Shown here piece after piece: positions 34,101 to 46,499 of a stretch of DNA of 64,000 nt. The translations under genes and the position numbers were made by a program. The DNA lies in contig OX638154.1 in NCBI GenBank assembly GCA_951804945.1, forward strand, positions 52,948,001-53,012,000, in the 5' to 3' direction. Positions within the stretch are counted from its first letter, which is position 1. The number at the start of each line of letters is the position of its first letter. The notes beneath the pieces were generated by a model that was not told the origin of the DNA, ran no database searches, and saw only the letters and a list, made by a program, of their open reading frames with translations. This DNA is from Podarcis cretensis. Taxonomy: Eukaryota.

Positions 34101-37100
34101 TACAATGAAGAGCACATCGGTTTTGAAGAACAATTTATAAAATTTAAGGTGTAATGAGAAGCAATAATGAGGAAGCTGGTCTGCAGTTAATTTTTCAAGC
34201 TCCCAATGTTTTTTAAGACCACAAGAGAAGTAAACAGGTGTCTCATCTGTAGTGTGTGAACCCCCAAGCTATTTTGCAGTTGCTATCTGCAGTCTTGCTT
34301 TAAGAAAAAGGGACATATTCAAGCCTGCATTTCTACTGATGCAACAACTTCCATTCCTATAACAGTGCTTCATCTACTGTCACCTCTAGCTAACTTCCTT
34401 CAAAATCAGCTCAAGAGTTTGGGGGATCCTCCGGAACAAATTTTACATGTCATCTTATCATTAATTATTCAACTCAGTGCTTCAAAAGTCATCTCCTACC
34501 CCCCCCCCCAAAAAGTAAAAATTTAGCATTTTCCACTATAAAACTAAGCATCAATGGCATCCTTTCTTCCCATTTACAGCTGTGTATCTCAGCTTAATTT
34601 ATTTTGCTATCTGCTCCTCTCTAGCACAAGTTCACAAAAAACGGTAGTAGTAAGCCTAGGACTCACCAAAGTTGCTTTCAGAGCCAGTTCGGCTATTCTT
34701 GCGCTCTTTTGAGACTCCTTTGAATCTTCTATCTTCTCTTTAATTTCAGGAAGCAGTCCCTCGAGTTCTACAATTTCCTTCTCATCCTCAGCTGATCCCT
34801 CCCCTTTTGTTTTTAGTCGCTCAGTCAACATCGCTAAAAAGGTGATATTTAGGTGATATTAGTACTTTTAGAGCCATTTACTCATCAGTTTTGGGCTTTG
34901 TCCCAGTGTATGTTAAAACAGATTCTCAAGAATCAGCAGCAGCTGCCAAATTTCTTGCAGTGTTTGCTAGCTGACACATTAGCTCTCTGAACACCTCTTC
35001 ATGAAGAAACTAGCTCTGTAGCTTTCCCAACACTGTACATTTGGAGCTTGGAGGACACAGTAACGGTGATGCTTAACTAAAACTGCATGAAGAACTGCAC
35101 TTCACTTACCCATTCTTTTATCAATGACTTCCATCGATTTACTATACTGCAACACTGCTTCATCATACTGATTATCATAGTGAAAGGCCAACCCCAGATG
35201 ATAATGAGTCTCTGCAAGCAAGCGGTCATGGGCCTCTAAGTACTTCTGCTGAAGAGCCAGGCAAGAACGGAACTCTTCTATAGCTTGAGAGTAGTTTTCT
35301 GCACAATAAAAACAGAAAGTAAAGCACAGGACTTTCATATGAAGGTAGAAATTTGTACAAAGCAGAATTCAATCATAGTGTAGAAAAAAGGTTTTCAATC
35401 AATAGTTTTATAACCTGTCGTGATTCCAGTATCAATTTTTGAATAATATAGGACATTTTACATTTAATATAGTCTGCAGAGACTGGTGGAAACAGTGGCT
35501 AGAAAGCATATCTGGCTTGCTCAACATAGTTCAACAGCTGAGAACAAATGAGGAGACTGCAAGCTTCCTTCCCATACCTTTCCCCTTATTCCTCAGCTAC
35601 ATCCTGGTTTGGTTAAACTCCAATTAGCCATTATATTTAAAACAGGGAACTATAGTTTAAGTTCCTGGTTAGTAGATAGACAAAGTTGCATTTAGGAACC
35701 AGGCAGAGGGCCTTCTTGGTAATGATGCCGTCCCTGTGGAATGCCTTCCCTTCAGATGTCAAGGAAATAAACAACTATCTTACTTTTAGAAGACATCTGA
35801 AGGTAGCCCTGTTTAGGGAAGTTTCTAAGGATTGATGTTTTCAGATATGTTGTAAGCCGCCCAGAGTGGCTGGGGAAACCCAGCCAGATGAACAGGGTAT
35901 AAATAAAATTCGTGTAATTATTATTATTAGGCAGAATAGCTAACTGAAATTTAATTACCATTTAACCAGGGTGTAAACACTGAGAAAGGACCAAGGCGAG
36001 GGGCCTCTATTCGTTCTTTAAGGCTTCTAAGCTATGCTTTAATAAGCAGGGAATCATGCATCTGAACTAGGCCACAGTAGAATAAAAGTAACCAATCTAC
36101 CAGCATACTTCCCAATAGTATAGGTAACTGTATTATAACGAAGTACAGTATGAGGTGTCCAAAATAAAAGGCTTAGTTGATAAACCCTGAGCTAGTTGAT
36201 AAAGTCTGAGCAGCTTTGAAAATATGAATACTGTAAAGTGAATATAAAATATATTACTGACAGTTTATATAATATGTAATGGACATGCAAAAACTAAAAT
36301 ATATGCAGTGGAAATATGAATAATAGTATCAGAAATTAATCCACTGCATGCCTAAGCAACTTTAAGGTAGTTACCAGATTCGATGCTAACTTCTCCTAGT
36401 TTTAGGTGAGCCTGAGCAACAAGGAGCTGAGCTTCTTTCGTGTCCTGTCTAGATCAAGAAGGCAGAATCAGCAAGATTGTCATAACACCTTTAGTTGTAT
36501 AAAAAGGCATTATTTGTCAGAACTACCAGACATACCTTTTGTATATTACTTTTGCTAACTCCAGCATATCCCAAGCCAGTTCTAAGTTCCCAACATCGTC
36601 TTCTTCACTCTCCTAAAGCAAAGTTATTTGAAAGTCAAAGAAATGGATAGAAAGGCAATTGCTAAGGATCTTGGCAGACCACTTGATTTTTCTGCTTGTT
36701 GTAGCAACTGTAGTGCCCTGTGCTAGATGCTCCATGATTCCAATTGTATTTTTACAGACATAACACAGACCACCTGAATGAAGCTTGTGGACCACTGGTG
36801 GTTGATGGACCAACTCAGGAACTCATGCCTTAAAGTAGGCAACTGAAGAAACCAGTCACCATAGGAAACAAATATATAAACTTTAGAAAAGGAACATCAT
36901 ACCCCTTCCACAAACTCCTATGCTGAAGCGTTTGTTAGCAAAATTTAGCACTTTATATTAGGGAAATCAGCACTTCTTCCTTACAAAGGTGCCAGTTCTA
37001 TTGCAGGGAGTCTTGAACACAGCAGAGGTAGCTCTATTAATGTCCCTTTCCTTTAAGTTGCTCAATACAGTGTGCATGGTTCTCTCTCTCCCCATTTTAT

Positions 37101-40100
37101 CCTCACAGCTCTGAGGTAAGACTAAGAGACAGTAAGGTCCAAAGCCAGTCAGTGAGCTTCATGGCTAAGTGGGGACTTGAACCCTGGTCTTCCAGACCCT
37201 GCCTAGTACCATAGTCTTCACCGCAATGCTTCTGCCAGTTCCAGAACCTAGTGTAATGAAAGCTCACCTTCTGGTAGACAAAGAGAAGACTTGGAAGCAC
37301 AGGTTCTGCAGAAAGACCAATGGCTAGCTAATGATTCAAGTCAAGATTTGTGGACTGTGATTAACTGCTTGACAAAAAGGATTTACAAACAGCTTTGGAG
37401 GATTATCTATTTTCCTCCTGTATTAGTTTTGAACTGCTTGTCCTTCACATTGTATCTCACTCCTCTTATGAATTGGCTGTTCAGCCAGCAAATCCTTCAC
37501 AAGCAGAATTAAAACCAATGTTTGGAAAGTGCAATCAATTTTGCATTGAACACTACATATTCCTTGTCAGTAAATGTGATTCAGAGTAACCCTACTCATA
37601 TTCATTCTACATTGTAATTATAATATAGAATTATAATTAGTGGCAATTATAATTCTTGCTCCAAAAGCACTTTGCATGTCATTTCAGTTCTTGCCCAGGT
37701 CTTTCCTGAGGCTTCCCTGATGAACAGCTCAGCTTATCAGCTGGGTAGCTTCCTCATGTTTGACCTCGCTGTCTTCATAGTTTGAATAGCAGGAAAAAAT
37801 GCAGTGCCCAGTTCTTTAAGGCAAAAAAGGAGATGTCACAAGAGGACATACTTTCAACTGAGTTAAAAATTGGTTGACTGCAGAGAATTACTTCAGAAGG
37901 TGGTGTACTGTTGCAAAAAAGCTGCTTCAATAGCAGTTTTTTAAAACAATAGCAAGCTTCTGATAATTAAGCAGATACCATGCACATTATCAGGCACAGC
38001 CCTTTCCCTTTCTGTAGCAAATCACTATTGCTGTGATATGAGGCAGAGGAGATGCAACCTGTTCCCAATTTCCTGTAGGTTTTGGAGGCCTGCTTTTGGG
38101 CTTTTAAACAACTGTAATAAAAGACACTCAACAGGTTTAGAGAAGGTGGGAACAGTTACAGAAATTAGTTTAACCATGGGTGCGGTACTAGACGGAGACC
38201 ACAATGCTTCACTGAAACTAGTTTATGAGTTTCAATGTATGAATGCATTGTGTCAGTAGACAAGAGATTTTGATAGCAGAGGGGACAAGGAAAGAAGGGG
38301 GGAGCAGAGAGAAGGATAAGGGCTGTTTTTTTTAAGAATGGAGAACGAACAAGCATCTAGAAGGAAAAACAGGCTAAAGTTTTAACAGACTAAAATGTTA
38401 AAATGCTGCTTTGAACCAGAGTACTCAAAGCCACACCCCTACTACAATCTTGAACCTTCGGAAGGAACTGCCTACTTCAGTCTTCCTATGCTCTAGAAAA
38501 CATACGTAATCGGAAATAGTTTCCCTGAAAACAATGTTCCTTTCTCCATGACAGAAACATTGAACCAGCTCTTTAACAGGCTTGAATGCTCATTTTTATA
38601 CTTCACCTTTTCTTCAACTGTAGAATCATTTTCTTTATCCTCTTCGACTGCAGAGTCATTTTCTTTATCCTCTTCAACTGCAGAGTCATTTTCTTTATCC
38701 TCTTCAACTGCAGAGTCATTTTCTTTATCCTCTTCAACTTTATCTTCCTCTTCTGATCCTTCCATCTCTACAATAATAGTTTCTTATTAATATACAACCG
38801 TTTATACATCCATTTTACTTGACTATTTGTTTTATTCAGCTGTGAAATTCTTCCACCACTATTACACTTCCAACCTATGTGTTCATGAGGGTTGGCTTGG
38901 TAGGTTTCTGTGCAATCTGCAACATGTGTTTATACGAAGTTTTGAGGGGGAGCTACATAGATTAAAATATTCAGCGTTAGGATATTCTTTCTCCTTTATG
39001 CTGCTTGCATGGCACCCCCTGGCATGTCAGTTAAAAAGAATTTGAACAAGTTTTAATACTTTTATAGCTTCTCCATAGAAGTTTTGTTTTCATAGTAACG
39101 GGGGAGACAAAGAGAAGAGCTTTAAAATTGCACTCCTTAGAAGTAGTCACATTTCATAGTTAAGATAAAACAGAAATATTAATATTTCTAGTTAAGTGTC
39201 ATTACATGGCTTCTTAGGGAAACTGACAGGTATGTACTATTGGGTGTCAGGCACAGGAACTTACATAAACTATGGGATAGCTCAGACACCTATTCTGCAG
39301 TGTCAGGGAACATATACCCTCTTATGGAGCAAGAAATCTGACCTCCTACCAGCTATTCAGTAATCCAGATGCTCAGCAAGCACAATCTCAAACTGCCTTA
39401 TGCTCAACAGCCTTCATGTAACAACTACTACAGAAGCCAAGGGAAAAAGTATTGCTGTAAACACTGGACTTAAAACTAGAACAGGGATGGCTACCTTGTA
39501 TTCTTCTAGATGTTGCTAAACCACAACTCCCACCAGCTCCAGCCAACGTGGCCAAAATAATTAGGGATTATGGAGTTTTAGTTCAGCAGTATCTAGAGGG
39601 TCATGCTTTTAAGCTACTCTTGGACTAGAAATGCATAGGACGAGGCTCTAGTTGCCAGAGCAAACTTGCCACTGTACTGTATCCCTATTATTTATTGCAA
39701 TTATTAGTCACTTTTTTCAAATAGGAACACAAAGTGACTAAATATTTGTTAAACAGTTGTATTATGCGAAGGTTTATCAGATTTACAACTATTTCACTAC
39801 TTAGAATCTCACTTGTAAACAAACATTTTCAAGGTATTATAAGGTAGTTAAACAGCAATGCTAAAGCAAGAGAAGCAGGACATGAAAGCTGTGATGTCTA
39901 TTACCTGCACTTGTTTCTAGTTATAGGCCTCAAAGCATGATAGGTTTTAGGTTGTTTAATACAGGTCATTAAGCCAGCACCCTCGTTGTTGCTGTATTTT
40001 TGTGGATCTGGTTGTCAATATATAATCTAGTACTATGTTTTTAATTGTTCAGAGTTAATCTTGCATTCACATAAAAACATGCAGTGAACATCCATTCAGT

Positions 40101-43100
40101 GTTCTCTATGAGCCATTGCTTTCTATATTTGCTGCTCATGCAAATCAGTCCCCAAAAAAGCCAATAATTTATTGCTCAACTTGTTAAGTTTTGTTTCAAT
40201 TCAACTGTTCCTTGCAGCTTCAAAATTCTCCTTGGGTGGATTCATCCCTGTGGCACAGAGAATTCTGAATGGATTAGTCTTACTAAGGGTTAGCTCTCTA
40301 AATAGATCCACCCACAAGTGTCTTCTATCCCTGTTACCTTCGCCCTCTCCCATCTCGTCATCCTTTTCTTCTTCCTTTTCTACCTTAGGAGCAACTTCAG
40401 CTTTTTCTTCTGGTTGTATTTCATGTGACTGCTTGATGCTCCCTGAAGGAGTAGTTTCATTTGGAGCTGAAGGTTCTCCTTCTCTTGAATCCAATGTTTC
40501 TTCCTTCTCTTTCAAGTTCACCACCACCTGTTCTGTGGCAGGCTTCATGTCCTCTGTCTTTTCAGCAGTAGCTTTAGCTGGTTGTTCTTTTTCTGCCTGC
40601 CCTTCAATTTTCTCAACAGCTGTCATGAATTCTCTCTCTAACTCACCTGAAGCTTTTACCAATTCCTCTACTATTGGATTCTTTTCTACAATTGCGTCTG
40701 CCTGCTTTTCTACCTCCTCTTCTCTCCTCTCTTGAGCTGCTATCTCAACTACCTTCTCTTTCCCAGGTGCTTCCCCTGCAGCCACTTCTTTTTCTAAAGT
40801 AGTATCTCCCCCAGCTGCTTCTGCAGCCTCTTCTATTACTGGATTAACTTTCACAGCAGCATCTTCCGAAACCACCACTCTGTGTACAGCAGCATCTTCC
40901 CTAGCCTCTTCTACCACCACTGGCTTATCTTCTCCAGCTGTCCCTTCTGCATTCACTGGCTTCTCTTCCCTAGCAGCACCATCTTCTAATGCTACCTCAG
41001 TAGTTACTTCATTGATGCTTTGTTCTTCCGTAGTTGCCTCTACCTGCTTTTCTGCCTTCTCTTGCTCTTCCTTTTTCTCCACAACAGTGATATCTTCTCC
41101 ACCCAGAGCTGCTGCTTTTTCTTTTTCTTCCTTAGCTACTTCTTCTTCCTCAACCTCTTCCATTTCAACATCCTTCGGTTGCATCTCCACTCCTGTATGC
41201 ACCAGAGACTCTTCAGGATTTTTTCTGGATTCATCTTTTTCCCCCATGGCATTATATACCTGCTCTCTTAATTCCTCCCTTGCTTCTTCTACATGTTTAA
41301 GGAAGATCAAGCACAAACAAACCTTCGAATTTAGTGATAAACATTCATGATCTTCACATCCCACCCTCCATCCCACTGATGTCTTGCTTCAAAGTTACAG
41401 GAATCAATACAATCCTTTTGGACCCTTAAAGTGAGAACAAGTGCCTTCCATAACAGGGCTTGCAAGGAGTTGCGCTTAAGCAATGAGTTGTAGGCCAGCA
41501 TAGTAACAGCCAAGCAAGAGATGCCAAGCTTTGTCTAGACAAGACATTGCACTGGATTGCAGAGGAAGATGCTACGAACTGAGGGACAGGGCAAGTATTG
41601 AAAATTAGACAAACTATCCACTTTCTTAAGTGAACATGGCCTATTGTCACAACATGATCTTCACAGCATCAAACCTTATTAGATGCCACAATGTGCTATA
41701 CACTAAACAGTTTTGCAATAAGCAGTAATACTGGGAGTTACTATTCAGTTTGTTCACAGAACCTTTGCCCAATTAGTTCATGGTTCTAGAAACAATTAGC
41801 TGACTGTCCTTAAGATCTTGAAGCATAGAAACCAATGCTTTACTAAGAAACAAAGTGAGGCCCCACATGGTTCAAAACAATGCTTTAATCTATAGGTTGT
41901 AGACACCCTGGCCTTGTTAAAAGGCAGATTTTTAAGTTTTTTAAACAAGTTTTTGGTCAATTTTATCATTAAAAAGACTTTTAGAGAGTCTTTTTAGTTG
42001 CGGTTTTAAGATTCAAACAACTTGATAATAATAAAATTACCCTTGTCTAGTATCCACTTGGAACACACACAGCTTGGCATCTCTATCATGAGTTAAGACA
42101 GCACTACATACCATCTATATTATCAGCACTTTCTACCATTGAGTCTTCTGTTTTTTCTTCCTCTTCTTCCACCTGCACTCCTTCCAAGGCATTTCCCAGC
42201 ACACCATTTTCCATTCTAGAAGATGTAAGTAGGCATTGCTGTTATCTTTTCCCTCACCAGTTTTAGCATTCAAAGCTTGAACTCAAGGCTGTATTGATGT
42301 AGCATAAGAACACCAGTTAACAGATCCTGCTCCAGGCATCTTGGAAGCAAATACATATTTGGTTGACAAGGAAGACCAACCAAAGTTTGTTGACCTGATT
42401 ATGTAGCTCTAGAATGGCTGCCACTATTCTGAGAAAAGGTTACAAAAGGTAACTTCAGTTCTGTGTGCAGGAGAAACTGGTGAAGTGGATTCCAGTCCAT
42501 GTAAAATTATATTAGCCTTCCTAATCTAGATTAACTATTCAAACCACCAAGTGGCCCAAAGCAGGTCACATTAACTTACCTTGCCAATTCCAGAAGTGAT
42601 TTCCCGTAAAAAAAGTAAGCTTCTGCACACTCATTTCCAGTTTCACCATACTTATTAGCCCTAAAAAGAGATTACCAGATTAGCAGGGTGGATTAATTTA
42701 AGTCATGTTTCCCATTTACACAAGCGGCGAAAATTGTGGAAACTTTTGGGGGAAAGTTTATTTCCAAGGTTTGATGGCTCATAACACCACTTTTTTTTTA
42801 GTAATACCATAAAATTATGTATCAAAGGAAACATAATTTAATGAAGAATGCAATGCAACAAGGTTTGTTCAATTATCTGTATCCTATCAAAAGTTAGAGC
42901 CAAATAATCAGTAAAATGAATGCTTTAGAGAGCCAATCAGGTGTCATTATTTAGGAAATGATGGCTCATAACATCACTTTTTTGGGGAGTAATACCATAA
43001 CATTATATATCAATGGAAAGATAATTTAATGAAGAATGCAATGCAATAACTTTTATGAAGGATTATTTATTACAACAGAAATAAGGAGGACATTTGTCAG

Positions 43101-45643
43101 TGTGCTGTGATTGCTATCAAGTTGGTTGGGTTTTGTTGTGTTTTTTGTTCTTTCATTTAGTCAGCTTGTAAACCCAGTCAGATAGGTGGCAGTGTTCAAC
43201 AAATATATGAAGTAATACACTAGTGGCCAAAATTGTTGTATTTCCAAGGTTTGATGGCTCATAACGCCACTTTTTTTGAGTAATACAATAAAATTATATA
43301 TTAATGGAAAGATAATTTAATGAAGAATGTAATGGAACAAGTTTTGTTCAATTATCTGTACTCTATCAAGCATTATAGCCAAATAATCAGAAAAAGCGTT
43401 TAGAGAGCCAATCAGGTGTCATATTGTTTTGGCAATGATGGCTCATAAACCACCTTTTTGGGGGAGTAATACCATAACATTATGTATCAATGGAAAGATA
43501 ATTTAATGAAGAATGCAATGCAATAACTTATTATTATTGAGCAGACTATAGATCATTTTCATTCAGTGGAACTAAACATTTATGTTTGCTAGTTGGACTG
43601 TAAATAATCATTTGAAAAAATAATCGAACTGGCTCTTGATTTAAATTAGGAAGCCTCTGTTAACTATGTAGCTGGTAGAGAAACTACTTCATTTTAAAGA
43701 ATAACTGTAGCAAACATGCTTTAGTTAAGATATAATATTAACAGCACGGTTATTTGAGAATTTATTAAATTTAAAATTCCAGAAAATCCAAACCAAGTTT
43801 TAAAATCTATTTAAAAATACACCTTTTTAATCTACCTGCAGATTATATCCCCTGCCCTTTCCACATAGTATCAGGAAGTATTAAAATGGACAATATTTTA
43901 TTCAATAGAAATACTGACACATACATACACAGGCCATATGGCTTGAGAAAAAGTTTTGTCCAAATTATTTGGGGGTGGGGAGACATACTTTGGAAGTTCT
44001 CCTGAATTCCATCTTTTCACTGGAGTGGCTTCCACTGCTGGGTGGTTATTCCCAGTTAAGTCTGGTTAGTGGACCAGGATAACCTAGTGTCAGTTGCCTA
44101 TGCTCTAGTGACCTCCTGCATGGAGGCTTGGAAACTAAATACAGTATCTAAAAATACTCCAGTACCAATCATCTCAGTCCCTACAATAAGCAGGTGATGC
44201 CTTGGTGATGCAACCACCAGATCTGCTTGGTTTGCACTGACCCACAACAGGGCTTTTTTGGTGTTAGTTCTCTTTCCAGTTCTCTTGGTTGGTGAGCTGT
44301 GCCTATTGCCATTATTAACTTTCATGAGAAATTTGAAAATATTCCTGGTTATGCAGGAATTTGGTGACCGAATTTCCTGGCAACCTTGAGATCACTGGAT
44401 GGAATAATTAAAAAAAAAAAAAACCACTAATTGTTTTTATAATGTTCTAACAGTTTTAGAATGTTTCTGCTTTGCTTTCTGAAGTGTGGATCTGTTTGCC
44501 ACCCTGGGGTTCCTCGTGAGGAATATAAATTCAATAACTAAGTAAACAAATAATGTGCTAAAGTTACTTTCATTCATTTTCCAAAACAGGAGCTGTGTTA
44601 AAAAAAAATTCTTCTACATACAGTGAACCCTCTGGATACTGATTTAATTTGTACTGGGGGTCCATGCGCACCCCAAAAAATCCATAACCAGAGGCGCCAT
44701 TTCTGTGCATGTGCAAGCGGCGTAACACAGAAAAATATTTCCAGGTTTGCCACGTTCGTGACCTGAAGGTTACATATCCAGAGAGGTACGTAACTCGAGG
44801 GTACACTGAACTTGAGAGTAACCCTGTAAAACCCAGTGGGATTTACTTTTCAGTAGATCTACATAGAATAAAGAATTCTAATTTGGGAAAGAAAAAAATG
44901 AAGCAGTATTTATTGCAGATATTAATTCAGAATACTTGTTTCTGGCCCTGTGCACCACTAGTATGCAGTTCTCCACTGACTACCCCCAAGAGAATGCAGC
45001 CCATAACAGAAAGAAAAAAGGTTGTTATCGCTAAGATAGGCTAAATTCCCTTCATCAAATGAAAATTCAAATGAAGGGATAAATCTCATTACTTACAACA
45101 GAGAAGCAGCTTCCTGAAATGCATTAACAGCAGCTGGAATATCTCCCATTACCAGATTTTTCTGCCCCAAGCCGAGGTATTTCTTGGCTTCTGCATCCAC
45201 ATCCATACTAGAAAAATAGAAACAAGGTTATAGTTACAGGTAGGTTGCCGTATTGGTCTGCCATAGTCGAAACAAAATAAAAAAAGTCCTTCCAGTAGCA
45301 CCTTAGAGACCAACTAAATTAGTTATTGGTATGAACTTTCGTGTACATGCACACTTCAGGTAAACTAACTTGGTTGGTCTCTAAGGTGCTACTGGAAGAA
45401 ACCAGGTTGTTAGCCACAACATATAGCTGTTAGAAGCAAGCTTGGTCATTATTTACCTTTTTTACTATAGTAAATCAAGAGTGTCAGTGTTTAAAAACTG
45501 CTCTTGTTTCATTCATCTATTCCAATCAATTTAACTAGTAGTAGCTCTATTTCAAACGCACATGCACTATTCTTACACCTAATTATATCTTACCTCTCAG
45601 TTTTGTCAGCGGAAGTAGAAGGAGCAGCAGATTCTTCTGCCAT
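31175..45643 (-). CDS. NASP: Nuclear autoantigenic sperm protein (H3-H4/H1 histone chaperone); tNASP ~755 aa, sNASP ~438 aa
   Basis: Exons 45643-45594 ([16 protein letters not shown]), 45207-45097, 42660-42580, 42215-42112, 41288-40338 (tNASP cassette, phase 1-1, 951 nt), 38767-38607, 36612-36536 ([18 protein letters not shown]), 36448-36375, 35298-35110 ([15 protein letters not shown]), 34833-34667, 34030-33974, 33890-33819 (DISHLVRKK), 31813-31685 (RKPEEE..AKKSK), 31219-31175 (stop). AATAAA at 31088-31083. Confidence 0.96.
32122..33223 (+). mobile_element. L1-clade LINE 3' fragment with an inverted 5' part
   Basis: 32122-~32733 in reverse encodes the ORF2 Zn-knuckle ([29 protein letters not shown]). 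~32734-33223 in sense continues DYVEMAQLT.. to AATAAA and an A-tail. TSD-like GGGTATCTT on both sides. Confidence 0.75.
33626..33761. mobile_element. Palindromic hAT-derived MITE (well preserved)
   Basis: CAGACATAGGCAAACT...AGTTTGCCTACACCTG ends; internal GGGACTACAACTCCCATCATCCCT / AGGGATGGTGGGAGCTGTAGTCCC arms. Older relatives at ~39482-39605, ~56213-56370 and ~58747-58866. Confidence 0.8.
35700..35930 (+). mobile_element. L2-like LINE 3' end
   Basis: CTGTGGAATGCCTTCCC...TTGTAAGCCGCCCAGAGTGGCTGGGGAAACCCAGCCAGATG...(ATT)n tail. Confidence 0.7.
37090..37215 (-). mobile_element. tRNA-derived SINE fragment
   Basis: Reverse complement of the family at 60020-60200 (B-box GGTTCAAGTCCC). Confidence 0.6.
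38617..38739 (-). repeat. Coding 30-bp tandem repeat x4 in NASP ([10 protein letters not shown])
   Basis: GAGTCATTTTCTTTATCCTCTTCAACTGCA repeated with single substitutions; in frame. Confidence 0.95.
42718..43530 (+). mobile_element. Two tandem left-end fragments of a Tc1/mariner-like element, each with an internal ~90-bp repeat
   Basis: Copies 42718-43051 and 43217-43530 both start TA|CAC(A/T)AG(C/T)GG(C)..AAAATTGT. The block GATGGCTCATAA..GAAGAATG(C/T)AATG occurs four times. Confidence 0.6.
44621..44808. mobile_element. Tigger-like MITE
   Basis: TA|CAGTGAACCCTC...GAGGGTACACTG ends. Confidence 0.6.
45232..45397 (-). mobile_element. Penelope-like element terminal fragment with an inverted tail and a degenerate hammerhead
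   Basis: Same family as 57915-58052. Inverted repeat TTCCAGTAGCACCTTAGAGACCAAC / GTTGGTCTCTAAGGTGCTACTGGAA. Confidence 0.7.
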
Positions 45644-46499
45644 TCTGAAACTGAAAATTCTAAAGTTAGAATACTTAGGAATGTAACTGTATAAGAATAC
45701 TTAGGAATGTTACTGTAACATTACAGTAACTGTAATGTATGATTTATAAATAGAATTATAGCAAATTAAGAGTAAGGACCATCAATGGTACATTATGCCC
45801 TACATAGGCTGCTGAAGCAAATAACTATCAGCTGGCTCCTTCATGTATGCCACAACCTTTCCCTGTTAAGTCAAAAAGCTCCCAATCAAACAGCCTGTGC
45901 ACTGTTCAAGAGGCATGCTACAGTCACAGAAAATTATTTAAGAGTTTCAATTTCATTTTAAAGGAACTTTAAAGGATTTTTGTACAGATGCCATTCTGTC
46001 AGTAGTAGAAGGTATACAAAGTGCCAGTTGAAATTACAGCCCTCCTAACTAGTATATTTATATGGACTCCTCACACAGGCTTGTTACCAATGTAAAGAGC
46101 ATACTCCAGGAACAAAAGTTGCCACTCTCGTGGAGTTATCAGTACCAGTATCCTTGACAAACCAATTTCCAAAATTCTTCAGGCAAAACAATGTGCTTTA
46201 AATGCGTGCTGGATGCATTTTAAATCATTTGACAGGTCTAGCAAAGCATAAATTCAATAAATATTGGAAACAATGAGCAGTATTACAGTGACTTAGAAGT
46301 CCTCCTCTGCTATATTGCTGAGGGACCACAGTCACTTAAACGACACTTGCTCCATAAGGGGAGGTGTAAAAACAAATCAAGTCTGTTATAGTACTGTATA
46401 GGCTACACCATACCACACAAGGGCTGTACAGGTCTTTTATCAATATCCAGATGACTCTTGGCTAGGGAACTATCACTATGCGGGTTTCTAGACTCTTAC

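Noticed and set aside
38617-38739. Regular 30-bp repeats resembling a CRISPR array
   Set aside because: No spacers, eukaryotic context, and it is an in-frame coding minisatellite.
40172-41350. Long plus-strand ORFs (187 aa, 112 aa)
   Set aside because: Antisense shadows of the low-complexity Glu/Ala-rich tNASP exon.
31220-45590. Intronic snoRNAs in NASP
   Set aside because: No convincing C/D pair with a terminal stem or H/ACA double hairpin found by eye; an Infernal/Rfam scan would be decisive.
45668-45738. 24-bp tandem duplication plus a short palindrome near the NASP ATG exon acceptor
   Set aside because: Ordinary slippage or repair scar; the branch point (CTAAC) and acceptor remain intact.
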